Shown: in pieces, positions 23,661 through 36,186 of the stretch
Position numbering within the stretch: position 1 is the first letter of the stretch
How the letters are laid out: the number at the start of each line of letters is the position of its first letter
Notes under the pieces: model-generated
Seen by the model: the letters and a program-made list of their open reading frames with translations, nothing else
Database searches by the model: none
What the model was told of the DNA's origin: nothing
DNA from: Alloascoidea hylecoeti
Taxonomy: Eukaryota
DNA length: 64,000 nt
Assembly: GCA_001600815.1 (NCBI GenBank)
Contig: BCKZ01000003.1
Location: 872,581-936,580, forward strand
Direction of reading: 5' to 3'
Program-made: the position numbers and the translations under genes

Positions 23661-25330
23661 TTAAAAAGTTTTAATAACAGAAGTACTTTCAACAAAACCA
23701 TTAGAACATGTGCTACTGGTGGTTTCACCACCTTCCCCTAATTTCATTGCTGCAATTTCATTTTCCCCACCAGTTGAGCCACCCAATTGACTTGATCCCT
23801 TTGAACGATAGGTACTAACAGCAGGAATATCAGCTTTTATTTTAGAAACAATAGTATTATATGCTCTTGGTTCCAATTTAATCAATGTATGAAGTGGTAC
23901 ATCCATCCATGGACTTTGATCTTGTGGCACATTCATAAAATAGGCATAAATACATCGTAATACAGCCTGATGGGTAACAATTAGAATATTTTCTTGTCTC
24001 TCAAGTTCCATGATGATTGGTTCTAATCGAATTACAACATCTCTATAAGATTCACCACCTCTGTATCTGTATTCATACTTATTATCATCCCTTGCTTTAA
24101 AATCTTCTGGATATTGTTGTTCAACTTCCTCATAAGTCATTCCATCACAAACTCCCGCATCCAATTCATCCAGAGCTTTCCATTGCAACTGAGGATAATC
24201 AAGGTACTTTGAAGTTTGTTGGGTTCTTTTAAGTGTTGAGGTCCAAACTGTAAGAGGTCTATCACCGACTGATTTTCTAACCAGATCTGGTAACATTTTA
24301 GAATATTGTTGACCTCTAGGAGATAAATCTGCATCACCACCAATCTGACCAGATAAATTGAACATTGATTCCCCATGTCTTGATAACCAAATACATCTCG
24401 GTTTAATATGTAAATTCATTAAGTAGTAAACAATCCTTGATTCTAAATAAGATTCAATTCTATTGATCAAAACCTGAGATGAAACATTTTTAATTTTAAC
24501 ATAAGTTAAATCAGGATTATTTATTGTTTCATATACTTCTTCATATTTTTCAATTCTTTTTAAAAAATCCTGTACAGCAAACTCAGGATCTTCTCCTTTA
24601 TAATCAGGACTTGTTGTTTTAACATCAAGTATATTATTCATGATTAATTCCTTATCATCACACCAACTTTCAACAAACATTGGCTCAATTTTATTTTCAC
24701 GACATAGTTGTAATATCCAATTTCTTCGCTGGGCTGTACTATTCGTCGCATCTAAAATACCAACTACTCCGTGTTCATCATCGAACCATCTCATCATATC
24801 TATGACGGCATCGGTCGCTGCTTGTTTTCGAACAAGGTATGCTTCTTTGTTCTGAAAATCGAAGAAATCGGCTGTTGGATGGGCAGCTGCTTTTCGTCGG
24901 TATTTTCCAACGTTAAAACATTTCGATTTAATTGAAAGCCATGAAAGATACCGAACGACTATATTTGAATATAGTTAGACATAATATTGATCACTATTAA
25001 CTTATTAAGCTTATAACATACTCTTTTGTGCGATTAATGATTTTCCTCTGGCAGGAAGACCAACCCTGATAATGATAAGCGTGTTAGTCAAGAGCTGACA
25101 CAAAAAGAAATCTGAAAAAAATTTTAAACAAAGCTAAATACATGTATGATATGGTATAGCTTGTTTATGTATAGATTTATAGACTTAGGAAGATGAGGCA
25201 TACATAACAACACATATTCGAATGTTTTCAATCTATGAAATGTTAAGGTTAGTCTATGAGTCACAGATAGATTTTTATTTTTAATACAGTTGAGTTATTA
25301 ACTTACATGAGAAACGGTATAAACGGCCAT
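23661..25330 (-). CDS. FBP26: 6-phosphofructo-2-kinase/fructose-2,6-bisphosphatase, 4 exons, 464 aa
   Basis: Exons 25330-25307, 25232-25204, 25065-25022 and 24958-23661 splice in frame to MAVYTVSHIENIRICVVMVGLPARGKSLIAQKIVRYLSW. The phosphatase RHGES motif is intact. Intron donors are GTAAGT, GTATGC and GTATGT, each with a CTAAC branch point. Confidence 0.93.
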
Positions 25331-25929
25331 TGTGCTTTTTGCTCTTGGAAATTTATGGGGGTGGGGGTTTAAATAAAAGAAGATTAAAAAACAGAAATTT
25401 TAAAGATAACGTGTGTGTGTCAAAAATCTTCAAGGCTTCTTTTTGTGGGGGAAAATAAAGAATACTCTATTGGTCGCAATTGTGATCAATTTATACTTCT
25501 ATTTCAATTTATCCCGTATTTATATTTGTTTGTAGTCATCGCTTTAAACTATTAAAAAAGCGGATAAAACTCCAATTTTGATAACATTTTAACGGATGAT
25601 GTCTAAAATGTAGGAAACGGTATAATTATAATTAACGCCTATTAAACATTTTAAACATTTTACACATATCGAATTGTCGCCTTATATTTATTAATAATAG
25701 TGTTCATGCCAACTTCATGGAGATGGTAGTCATGTACTTACTATTATATTTATATTATAGCCTTTAAATTTATATATGGCGATTTTACAAGTTAATAATA
25801 AAGTATCTATTTACTATGAAAATAAATAAGAACAACCTTCTTTTCAAATAAAAAAGCAGCAAAAAAAAAGGGAAAAGGAAAAATAAAAATAAAAGATAAA
25901 GAAAAAGACAAGTTTTTTTTTACATATTT

Positions 25930-28755
25930 TCAACAAACAATTTCTTGAAATCTCGAATCAAGTTCTTTTTGTCTATTAATATAATCAATGGTTCTTTCAA
26001 AATGTTTCTTCGGAGAATCACTTAAGCCTTCATCAGCATTATTATTTAAATTAGTTTGAATCAATTCAATTAATCCATTAATATATTTAACATTAACAGA
26101 TTCATTCCCATTTGAAAAATAGTATAGACATTGATTTAATATTTCAACAAAAAGTTCAATTGAAACTGTCATATCCATACAGGCATCGGCAACTCGCAAG
26201 GCTCTTTGTAGGCATTCCAAAACTCTTTTATCATCACGGTATAATACTGTGATTTGTTCCTCTTCTTCGTCATCATCTTCATTATTATTATTACTGTTCG
26301 TTGGGATTTCAACACCCCACCATAGATGACTTGCAAGATAAACAGCTCTACATTGATCAGGTTTCTTTAACAACTTAGATCCATAAAGAGTACATTTTGT
26401 GATTAATGTATCATAATTCTCTTTATTAAAATTTCTTGCTGTTTGGAGTGCACCAGATATAACACAAATTGATTGATATTGAGATCTTGAATCTGGTATA
26501 CTTTCTTCATAAATTGAAAATGCTTGTGCAAAAAATTCATATGATGCTTCTTCTGCTTCAACTTGATCTGCTATTTGTGCTGCAGATACATATAACCTTA
26601 ACGCAGTTTCCGCTTTCCCGGCTTTATAAATATCATGAATAATTCTTTGTAAAAATTTAAATGTTGATCCAACTTTTTGTCTCCATTCTGAATCAATTTT
26701 AGAATTTAATTTATATCTTCTAATAAGTTTTAAAGAATTTGTAACAAGAGCAGGATATGTAAATTTAACTTTATTGCCACCTTTAGCTAATGATTTTTTA
26801 GCAGCATTTAATAATTTAGCAGTAATAGTAGGATCTTCATTATATAACAGATGAATTACTCTTGCAACTTTTTCTTGATTATTAATGACACTAACTGGGT
26901 ATACTTTACTTTCTTCACCTTCTAATGTACCATTATTTCCATAAAACGTTGATTTATTAATGGAATTTCGTTTTGAAGATTCTACTGCTAATGGCCCTGT
27001 CTCCTCATTACCTTCATCTTTAATTAAAACCTGTAATAAACTGAAAACACCTTCTGTATATTCAACTGTTGTGATTATTGTATTATTTATTAAAAGTGAA
27101 TTAATAACAGCATTTGCAATTGATTTTTGAATTGTTGTTGATTGTGACCATAATAAAGGTATATAATTTTTAAATGATAAAATATTTGTAATTTTTGGGA
27201 AAAAATTAATTGGATCTAATAATAAAGCTAATAAATTATCAATACAAACTTGTGAATATAAATCAACTGAATCTTTTAATTCAGTGACTTTTTTATTTGT
27301 ATACTCAAAAATTAAATCAATATTATCCAAATTTTCTGGATAACAATGTAAAGATAATCGACAAAGTGATTCTAAAATTGCTGTAATGTCTTTAATTGAT
27401 ATATCTGGTCTTGATTCAAATAATGACTGTAAATGGTTCCAAAATATATCAAATAAATCAATATTAATTGGAATTCCTCGAACTACAGATACTTTTGGAG
27501 GTTTGTCTTCATTTGCCGTTTCAGTTTCATCTTCATCTTCGTTTTCTTTTTCTTCTTCTGGTTTTGATTCAGATTCAGATTTTACTTCTGTTTCCGGTTG
27601 TTGTGGAGTAATATTATCACCATTACCACTTTCTTCTGTTTCAGTTATGCTATCATTCTCTTTCGGTGTATCATTTTCACTTTTATTATTTTCATCGGGT
27701 GTAACATTTAAAGGTTCTGTGGTCAATCCTTTTTCAGTTTCATTAGTTTGATCTTTACTAACATCAACTTTTTCTAAAGCAGTTGTAATTTTTTCAACAG
27801 CATTTTCAGTGGAAGACTCAGCCTCTCGGGCCGCATAAGCAGTCAATCTATCAAAAAGAGCAATAAGAATCTTCTTTAAACTAACTTGAGGATTTAATTT
27901 TGTTGTTGCATCTAAAAGTTCATCCAATGTATAAAGATGTAATTCATCAGGAAAAACTTGAATAACAACATCTAATAAATATTCTTGAGCAATTACATCA
28001 CGACATTGTATAACTTGTTCAAGAATTAATGGTAATATAGATTTTTTATAATAATTTTTATCAAAACCTTCTAATTGTGATATTCTTACTAAATTTGAAC
28101 CAACTAAAATTTTTAATTCTTTACGTTCTCGAGTTCTTTTATCTCTTTCACGTGAATGACCTTGATGTTGTAATCTAACCCATAATTTATTCATTTCAAC
28201 AAAATTAGTTAAAACAAATGATAAAGAATCTTGTAAATTTCCTTCTAAAGAATCACCAGAACCAGTTGGTAATAAATCTCTTGTACGTTGAGATAAATAA
28301 TACCTTAAAAATAAACCTCGGATTGGATATTGAACACCACGACACATTTCCATCATATCTTTCATGATTTCTTTAAGTGGCGCTTCAGGAACTGACATAT
28401 AAGCCGTTCCAACAGTAATCATTAAATAAAGACGGGGAACGATGTTTCCAGCGTATTGAACCAATTCATATAAATCAGCTAAATGATTATTTGGATGATT
28501 TTCTCTTAAATAGGAACCAAGATATGATAAGGCATCAAATATTGCAATATATAATTCATAATATTGTTTAGGTGTTAAAAGTGAAGTTCTCAATTCAGCT
28601 AAAAAAGTTGAAGCATGCTTTAAAGCATCCATTAATTTCCCCTTTGAATCAAGACATTTTCGCATTAATAATTGTTGTTGACGGATTACTTGAAGGGAGT
28701 CTTCTAATAATTTGGCCTGTTCTGCCAACGTCGGAGGAGGAGCTTGATTTGACAT
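25930..28755 (-). CDS. VPS35: Retromer subunit Vps35
   Basis: LRTSLLTPKQYYELY, DLYELVQYAGNIVPRLYLMITVG, RGVQYPIRGLFLRYYL, KLLKKPDQCRAVYLASHLWW. Confidence 0.97.
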   Translation of the reverse strand: MSNQAPPPTLAEQAKLLEDSLQVIRQQQLLMRKCLDSKGKLMDALKHASTFLAELRTSLLTPKQYYELYIAIFDALSYLGSYLRENHPNNHLADLYELVQYAGNIVPRLYLMITVGTAYMSVPEAPLKEIMKDMMEMCRGVQYPIRGLFLRYYLSQRTRDLLPTGSGDSLEGNLQDSLSFVLTNFVEMNKLWVRLQHQGHSRERDKRTRERKELKILVGSNLVRISQLEGFDKNYYKKSILPLILEQVIQCRDVIAQEYLLDVVIQVFPDELHLYTLDELLDATTKLNPQVSLKKILIALFDRLTAYAAREAESSTENAVEKITTALEKVDVSKDQTNETEKGLTTEPLNVTPDENNKSENDTPKENDSITETEESGNGDNITPQQPETEVKSESESKPEEEKENEDEDETETANEDKPPKVSVVRGIPINIDLFDIFWNHLQSLFESRPDISIKDITAILESLCRLSLHCYPENLDNIDLIFEYTNKKVTELKDSVDLYSQVCIDNLLALLLDPINFFPKITNILSFKNYIPLLWSQSTTIQKSIANAVINSLLINNTIITTVEYTEGVFSLLQVLIKDEGNEETGPLAVESSKRNSINKSTFYGNNGTLEGEESKVYPVSVINNQEKVARVIHLLYNEDPTITAKLLNAAKKSLAKGGNKVKFTYPALVTNSLKLIRRYKLNSKIDSEWRQKVGSTFKFLQRIIHDIYKAGKAETALRLYVSAAQIADQVEAEEASYEFFAQAFSIYEESIPDSRSQYQSICVISGALQTARNFNKENYDTLITKCTLYGSKLLKKPDQCRAVYLASHLWWGVEIPTNSNNNNEDDDEEEEQITVLYRDDKRVLECLQRALRVADACMDMTVSIELFVEILNQCLYYFSNGNESVNVKYINGLIELIQTNLNNNADEGLSDSPKKHFERTIDYINRQKELDSRFQEIVC

Positions 28756-29130
28756 TGATCAACTGACAGACTCCAAAACAGTTTGAAATGAAATACTTAA
28801 GCCAATTCCGTGAGATCGCGTGGGTGGCAACGAACGGAAAAGGAAGGCTGCTTGTAGGGAGATGGAAGATCCAAGTCAAGTAAAGCGAAAAGGAGGTTTA
28901 TGAATAGTATTAGTCAGAAATATGTCAGCATACAAAGAATCTCTTTTTTGTTTAAAAAAACACTATTTAACTAAAATGTATAAATAACATTAAAATATAT
29001 AGCTATGTAAATTTAACCTGTTTATCTTTTTTCTTTCTTTTGTCTTTTCCTTTGTTTAATAATTCAAATGATTTCACAGGAAATAAGGTCAGTAATAAAA
29101 CAAATTATTAATTATCAAAAGTAATAAAAT

Positions 29131-29190
29131 AAAAAATAAAAAATAAAAAATAAAAAATAAAAAATAAAATAATAAAATAATAAAAATTAT
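29131..29190. repeat. A-rich (AAAAAAT)n simple repeat
   Basis: Five perfect AAAAAAT units (29131-29165) followed by degenerate AAAATAAT units, downstream of the RRM gene. Confidence 0.8.
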
Positions 29191-29329
29191 ACCAAAAATA
29201 AAAAATATAAATTAAAACATAATAAAAATAATAAAAATAATCATTATCTAATTCAGGATTACAATTCATTATTATAAATGGAAAAACCCCTTCATTATCA
29301 TATTGTTTTAAAATATTTATCTTTTAAAT

Positions 29330-31186
29330 TTATTGCCATTCAGATTGAGATAATGATGATCTTGAAGTAGCAGGAGTTGGACTACAAGATCCTGAATGAA
29401 TTAAAGAGTTTGCGACAGACGAAATACTTGAATGAGAGTTTGATTTTTTAATCGTTGTACTAGTTGCACTATTAGTAGTTGTTAGATTGGAGTTTTTTTT
29501 TGTAATTTCATCAACAACATTATTAACATTACTAACCTCTTGTTGTTGTTGGATTGTTTCATTATCCTCTTCCTCTTCTTCTTCTCTTATGGTCTCTTGG
29601 ACCGGTTGAATTTGTTGAGAATAAACTTGAGGAGGATTATTAATTATCTGTTGTTGATCATGATCAGGATATTGTAAACCATTATTAAACTGGTTATAAT
29701 TTTGTTCATTATCATAATTATCATAAACATTACCATTATATTGATTCTGACGTTTATTATTATTATTATTTCTATTTGGTTGAAATTGTCTTGGAATATT
29801 ACCACATCTATCTTTACCAAAATTAATTTTTAAATTAATATAATTTGGATTTTCATTAATTCCATCAATTGCTTTAATTGCATTTGATATATTTGTAAAA
29901 TTTATAAAAGCACAATTTTTTTCAATTAAAAAATTAATTTGTTCAATATCACCAAATTTTGAAAAATCAGTTCTTAATTGTTCTTCAGTTGGTTTAAAAT
30001 CAATTGGACAGTCTTTTAAATTACCAATATAAATATTTCTACTTGCTCCTGAAGTAACAGCTAATGCAATTGCATGTGGTAAAGAACCAGAATGTTTCCC
30101 CCAACCAACTTTAATTTTTCTATTATGAATTGTTAAAGAATGTAAATTTGACATTGCATAAAATTGAGCAGCAGCAATTGGATCAATAAAAGTTATAAAA
30201 CAAACATGTTTTTCAGATAAATATCTAATTTGTTGCAATAAACCACCTCTAACAACGTTACAAATCTCTTCAATAGTTGAATCAGGATGTAAACTACCTA
30301 AATAAACGGTTCTATTGCCTAAATTATTAGCACCACCAGTACTTGTTGCAATGGCAGCAGCAGCAGCAGATTGTTGAATTAAAGCAGAAGAAATAAATTC
30401 TCTATCAGCAGTTGCTAATAAATGTTCAGATCCTGGGGCTAAACCTAAATATTGAGCAGCATTATGTTGCTGTGTCTTTGTTATAAAAGCACATCTATCT
30501 TTACCATAAAAGATTTTTTTATTTGCCCATTTGGAATCCAATGGTAATTGTTGAACAGCTCTAATGGCAGATAAAATTGATAAGAAATGAACAAACCCAA
30601 TAGATTTTTCTCTAACAATTTTAATTGTATCAATTGGACCAAATTTTTCCAAATCTTTTCTAATTTCCAATTCAGTAATTTTTTCAGGTAAATTACCAAG
30701 ATAAACGTTTCTTGTTGCGCCATCTCTTTGAACAGCAGCAGTTACAGCTGGGGGTATTGGTGTGTTTTTCCCCCAACCAATACGTATATCATGGTTATTA
30801 ATTGTTAGTCTTTTTAAGATTGCATCTGAGTGAAACAAAGTTGCAGAGGAACTATCAAGGAAAGAAATAAAGGCGCACATTTTTTCCGGCATAATTTTAA
30901 CAGATTCAATAACGCCTGATCTAATATGGTTTAGCAATTCTTCAGCAGTAATATTTAAAGGAACATTACCTAAATAAACGGTACGACTATTGTTATTTGA
31001 AGGTTGAATTGAATTCATATTGTTCATGTTATTCATATTCATATTCATATTCATGTTAATATTTTGATTGATATTTTGGTTTTGGTTTAAATTTAGGTTT
31101 GACTGAGGATTCTGGATCTGGTTCATGTGCTGGAAGTTTGGATTTTGGTGGTAGCCTTGAAGAGTTTGATAATCGAGAGAATCCAT
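29330..31186 (-). CDS. MRN1: Four-RRM RNA-binding protein (S. cerevisiae Mrn1 / S. pombe Nrd1 family)
   Basis: Four RRMs starting SRTVYLGN, TRNVYLGN, NRTVYLGS and SRNIYIGN, with IGWGK and YGKDRC motifs; N/Q-rich termini. Confidence 0.88.
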   Translation of the reverse strand: MDSLDYQTLQGYHQNPNFQHMNQIQNPQSNLNLNQNQNINQNINMNMNMNMNNMNNMNSIQPSNNNSRTVYLGNVPLNITAEELLNHIRSGVIESVKIMPEKMCAFISFLDSSSATLFHSDAILKRLTINNHDIRIGWGKNTPIPPAVTAAVQRDGATRNVYLGNLPEKITELEIRKDLEKFGPIDTIKIVREKSIGFVHFLSILSAIRAVQQLPLDSKWANKKIFYGKDRCAFITKTQQHNAAQYLGLAPGSEHLLATADREFISSALIQQSAAAAAIATSTGGANNLGNRTVYLGSLHPDSTIEEICNVVRGGLLQQIRYLSEKHVCFITFIDPIAAAQFYAMSNLHSLTIHNRKIKVGWGKHSGSLPHAIALAVTSGASRNIYIGNLKDCPIDFKPTEEQLRTDFSKFGDIEQINFLIEKNCAFINFTNISNAIKAIDGINENPNYINLKINFGKDRCGNIPRQFQPNRNNNNNKRQNQYNGNVYDNYDNEQNYNQFNNGLQYPDHDQQQIINNPPQVYSQQIQPVQETIREEEEEEDNETIQQQQEVSNVNNVVDEITKKNSNLTTTNSATSTTIKKSNSHSSISSVANSLIHSGSCSPTPATSRSSLSQSEWQ

Positions 31187-31491
31187 GGTTTTGAAAAGAA
31201 GTAACTTAACTTTTGAGTAAATGAAAAAAAGAGTTCTTGGACTTAGAAGTGAAGTGAAATGATGAAAAAATGCGAAGACGGAGGGAAGAAAGAAATGAAC
31301 AGAAAGAAGTGAAAAAAGAAGAAAGGAAGGAAGAAGAACTTTGCGAAAAACGAAGGAATATAAATATAAATATAAAATTTATTTATATTTGTGTCAAGGC
31401 GCACTCAAGAAAAATAATAAAATGAAACGGAAAATAATAATAATAAAACGGATCGGGCGTTTGTGTCAACTAATAATTCGCGTCATGTGAT

Positions 31492-32263
31492 TTAACTGGG
31501 AAAAAACTTGTAGAAATCCGCACGCTGTTCGGTTTCTTTCAGCGCATTCAGCTCCTCTTTTTTCGAGTTTATCAGTAGTGTGAATTTCGCCACAGCCGAG
31601 GAGTATTTCGCCTTTTCCCGTTCCAACATTTCTTCCATATCCCGTTGAAGGCTTTCGCATTGTTTCTGCCATTGTTCCCGTTCCACAGACAACCGTTGCC
31701 GCTCCGCTGTCTGTGCCATCAACTGCCTTGACAACAAACGAGTCCACTCCAGAATATCTGCATCTGCGGGCTCTTCCTGCAGACCAATTTCTCCCAGCCG
31801 GACCACCAATCCTCCCTTGTTCTCTTCGATGTAAATGCGCGCCTGTGCGTGTTCCCCTACGCTATCGCTAGTCACCCTCGCTTTCAGCCCAAATTGCCCT
31901 TCCAGTTTTGTATCTTGTCCCCAGAATACCGTCCGGAGTATACGGCCCCATTCTTGGGCACTGTATTTATTACCTCTTCCACTGGTACTTCTAACCTTTA
32001 CAAAATTGGAGGATTCCACTATTTCTAACAGTTAATGATCAATAGTACTAATATTTCACCAAAGTGTGCTACTAACGTTTCGTTCCAAAAACATTTTCCC
32101 CATCATTATCAACTCCTTGAATGATCCATTGATATCCGTCATCTCTCGTGTTCTGTTTTTCTTCAATCCTCATTGACATTTGCTTCGTTTCGTTCTCATC
32201 GTCCTTCAAAAGCTCTCCTTCTTTGCCAATCATCGGAATACATAAACAATATCTCCCAAACAT
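31492..32263 (-). CDS. XRCC4/Lif1-like NHEJ ligase IV cofactor, 2 exons, 239 aa
   Basis: ORFs 32072-32263 and 31492-32019 join in frame over a 52-nt intron at 32025-32076 (GTTAGT...CATTAAC...TAG). Head domain ending VVRLGEIGL...DILEW, then a coiled coil and KFTLLINSKK (XRCC4 ligase-binding F..LLNEKK motif). Confidence 0.7.
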
Positions 32264-32618
32264 TCTTATATCGTACAGTTATTGACGTCGCATGAAAGAT
32301 AACAAACGTGTTGATTTTAGTCGTTTGAAGTTTAAATCAAAACCAACTCATCACCACCATGCATCCGGGTAACTTCCTGCATGAATCAAGATAATCCTGA
32401 CTAATGCTGTGGGGAGGGATGTATGAGTCAGCTTACTGAGACAGGATTACAAATTATAGTTATGTATGCAAGGAAAAATTAATAAGACTGACAAATAGGC
32501 CTACATTAATATTAATATTCGTGTATTTATATAAATTGAATGAAGCGGTTTCCTTTTCTCCCCTTTTTCCTTACTTCATTCTGTTGTCTGACAATTTCTA
32601 TCAATCTCTACAAACAAA

Positions 32619-33404
32619 ATGGTTAAAATAGCAATTATTATTTACTCTACTTATGGTCATATCTTGACTTTAGCCAAAGCTGAAAAAAAAGGTGCTGAGG
32701 CCGCTGGTTTACAAGCCGATATTTTCCAGATACCTGAAACTTTACCTCAGGAAGTATTAACTGCTATTCATGCTCCTCCTAAACCTACTGAGATTCCAAT
32801 TGTTTCAACTGATACTTTATTGACATATGATGCCTTTTTATTTGGTATACCTACTCGATTTGGTACTTTCCCTGCTCAATTTAAATCCTTTTGGGATGGT
32901 ACTGGTGCCCAATGGGCTAATGGTTCTCTTCATGGTAAACCTTTTGGTGTTTTCGTTAGTACTGGTACTCCAAATGGTGGCCAAGAAACTACTGTTAGGA
33001 ATACTTTATCTAGTTTTGTTCATCATGGTATGATTTATATACCATTAGGTTATAAGAATGCTTTCCCATTATTGACAAGTTTCGATGAGGTTCATGGTGG
33101 TTCACCGTGGGGTGCTGGTGTTTATGCTGGTGCAGATGGTTCAAGACAACCTAACAAAACTGAATTAGAAATTGGTGAAGTTCAGGGTAAGTCGTTTGCC
33201 GAGTCTGCCAGTAAACTCCTTAGTAGTAAACCATCAATTACCACTAGTTCTACTTCTTCATCTGAAAGATCAGATGCTCCAGCTCCTAAACCTCAACCAA
33301 CTACTGAAACTTCTGGAAATGGAAGGACAGCTGTTAAAACTGATCCAGAAACAAAAAATGATGATCATGATGGTTTCTGTGGTATTGGTTGTTCAATCAT
33401 GTGA
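32619..33404 (+). CDS. YCP4: Flavodoxin-like NAD(P)H:quinone oxidoreductase with C-terminal lipidation tail
   Basis: [25 protein letters not shown] and GGSPWGAG WrbA-family motifs. The S/T/P-rich extension ends in CGIGCSIM (CaaX plus an upstream Cys), as in Ycp4 rather than Pst2. Confidence 0.85.
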   Translation: MVKIAIIIYSTYGHILTLAKAEKKGAEAAGLQADIFQIPETLPQEVLTAIHAPPKPTEIPIVSTDTLLTYDAFLFGIPTRFGTFPAQFKSFWDGTGAQWANGSLHGKPFGVFVSTGTPNGGQETTVRNTLSSFVHHGMIYIPLGYKNAFPLLTSFDEVHGGSPWGAGVYAGADGSRQPNKTELEIGEVQGKSFAESASKLLSSKPSITTSSTSSSERSDAPAPKPQPTTETSGNGRTAVKTDPETKNDDHDGFCGIGCSIM

Positions 33405-36186
33405 ATAGAATTCTTCTTTTTTTGTTCTTTTTGTTTGATTCTATGTTTTTCCAATTAATATTGTTTTTTTTCCAGTTTTTAACTTGTAATTGTTCTTATT
33501 TTTCCTTATAATTATAATTATATTAACTTATAATCTCTTGTTTTAATTTTTTTGATTTAAAGAAAAAAGTCCTTTTTTAATTTGTGTTTAATAATTTTAA
33601 ATTTAGCTTTATAATAATAATACATTATCATTTCAACATTTTTTATTTTTAATTATAACATCTACAGATCGAATCCGGGCTTACGAATTTAATCACGGTG
33701 TTAATAAATTGGGAGTAAATTTAAATGTGTAAAGTTTTTATATATTTCATGATTTAATAATATTAATTGCTAACTCGTATGCTTTTTACTTTAATTTCTG
33801 TTACTCAGTTATACTTAACCTTCTATTCTTCCTTTGCGTTTAAATAACTGGTAACGTTATTGACGTTAATTATAAGGTCACTTCTTGATATAAAATATAG
33901 ATCTATTAATAACATCCCGAATTCTCCCATAATCGCAATTAATGGCAACAACACGATGATGCGTTTATGATCATCTTTATAGACAGGATTAAATTCTAAC
34001 CATGAAAACATGCTGAAATATCCTTTACAGGCCTTAGCTATAAAATAATAAATCAACCCTAAATATATCCTTTTTTCTCCACTTTTCAACCCTCAACATT
34101 TAAAGTTTCGAAAATATAATCCTTTCAACTCAATCTATCATATTAGGACCAAATGGTCCAATAGTATTATAGGTATATCCAATTTTAAATAATAGTTATG
34201 TAGAAGACATCTTCATGTTTGATATCAAAATTTTCAATTAATTCAAAATCTACTGAAAAGTCTGAAATATCTTACAAAGATTTACATACATATGACCCGG
34301 GCCTTGCCATCCTATTTTCAATTTTAATAGGCAGCTCATCTTTTAACATAATATTTTTATGTGCGGGTGGCAGTAAGTGTTTACATGTTCATTCAAGTGA
34401 AAGTGGGTCGGTCTAGACTGTACCGCGTTTGTCTCAATTTAAATCACTCCAAACCGGACCGGACTACGGGTGGAAACTAATTCACTTGCTTGTGCTGTAA
34501 GGATAATATGGGTCGCTTAGTACGGGGGTAACGTTGCTGGCGTAATTAAGAGCACCGTAATTGTAATTCAACACAATCCGTCTAAAAGTTACCCTCAAAT
34601 CATTTGTTCCCTTTATATCTTTAATTTATTATGATCATTACATGAAGAATTTTTCTTACTAGCACTTCTATACATCACGAAGTCTCAATAACGGCTTTTA
34701 AACACCAGTACCATACATTCATTAATACCGACAAACCAGAACGCCAGAACGAAAATGACAAGCCAGTAACTAGTATCAGCAAACACATAGACACAATCAA
34801 AAAAAAAAGCAATAATATATATAGTAGAACAATCTTGTATTTAAAACTACTATTGTAGGAAAATAATAAACCAAATATTAATGGACTCTAATATGAGTTA
34901 TAACTTATAAACTTTTATATCAATAAGTTCACAAAACTAATTGGTAAAGTTTTTATATTTCTATTTAATGAGCATATTATAAAATATTTAAGAATCTCGA
35001 TATATATTTAGTAGAAATGCTCATCTACTGAACAATTAGTTTGCAAATGTTAAACTTCCTACTAGTTCAATTGGCTATTAAGCATCGCGATTGGTATCAT
35101 ATATCAAATGTGTTGTGTGCCAAAATTTTATTAATAATATACTCTTTTTATAGGATTCAAAGAACTGGGTTATGATGAATTTCAATACTTAGTGAGTTTT
35201 TAATAATTTATATTAAATTAAATAAGTGTATATAACTTATATTGGAGTATTTATAGTATAATACGTCCCAAAGCTCACCTCCAATTGTGGATGAAACAGC
35301 CCACTGACTATTCACCAATTGTAAGTAGAAATCATGATGTAACTATAATCCTATCATCGTGTTTCGATAATTGTAATCGTTCCTATTTCATCAACATTAA
35401 TACATCACTCGATATCACTTGGTCCTAAAATTGCTGTGGGTGGATGAATATTAATAGATTGGGATGATATGTTCAACAGCATATTTTTGTTACGAAAGAG
35501 TAACACATATATAAACAGAGGAATTCACCTCATATGTTTTTATGAAAAAATCCTTAAAATTAATACAGTCCAAATAACCATTTTAATAAAAAATATTTTT
35601 CTTTATTGACAGAATTGAGTCCGTATCTCGGAAAAACCAAATACACGGTTACAATATATATATATATATATCATTATTACATTGTAAGTGAAATCATGGG
35701 GTTTTTAGATAATTATATGTATAAAGTTTATAATTTCCGCATTTGGAAAATACATATTCTTTTTCGACACATATTACTGGTATATTTTTTAAAGTCCTAA
35801 ATTTATATTGATTTCCAGATAAAAAAAAACACTTTATCATATCAATGTAATAAAGATAGTGGATAGTTGCAATATATTAATGCAAAAATAATACTTCTTC
35901 TTAAAACTCAAAGAATATATTATAGCTATTTTCAGAGATACAAAAAATTATTTTTGCAACTAAAACTACATCTAAAAATTAAATTTAAGAGACTGACGAA
36001 GTAGTTTCTAGAAACACGCGAAAATGAAAAATGTTTTTTCTGAATTTTCAAATTATTTTCTGGAACACATACAAAACGGAGTTAGTCGAAAACCCCATAA
36101 TAAAACATATTTCAAAACCGAGGGTTAATTTAACTTACAATTGCAAGTATAAATATACTAGTATATCATTCCAACCTGCTACTATT

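Noticed and set aside
33800..34420. Coding-like broken frames on the minus strand
   Set aside because: May be a pseudogene, but no family could be recognised.
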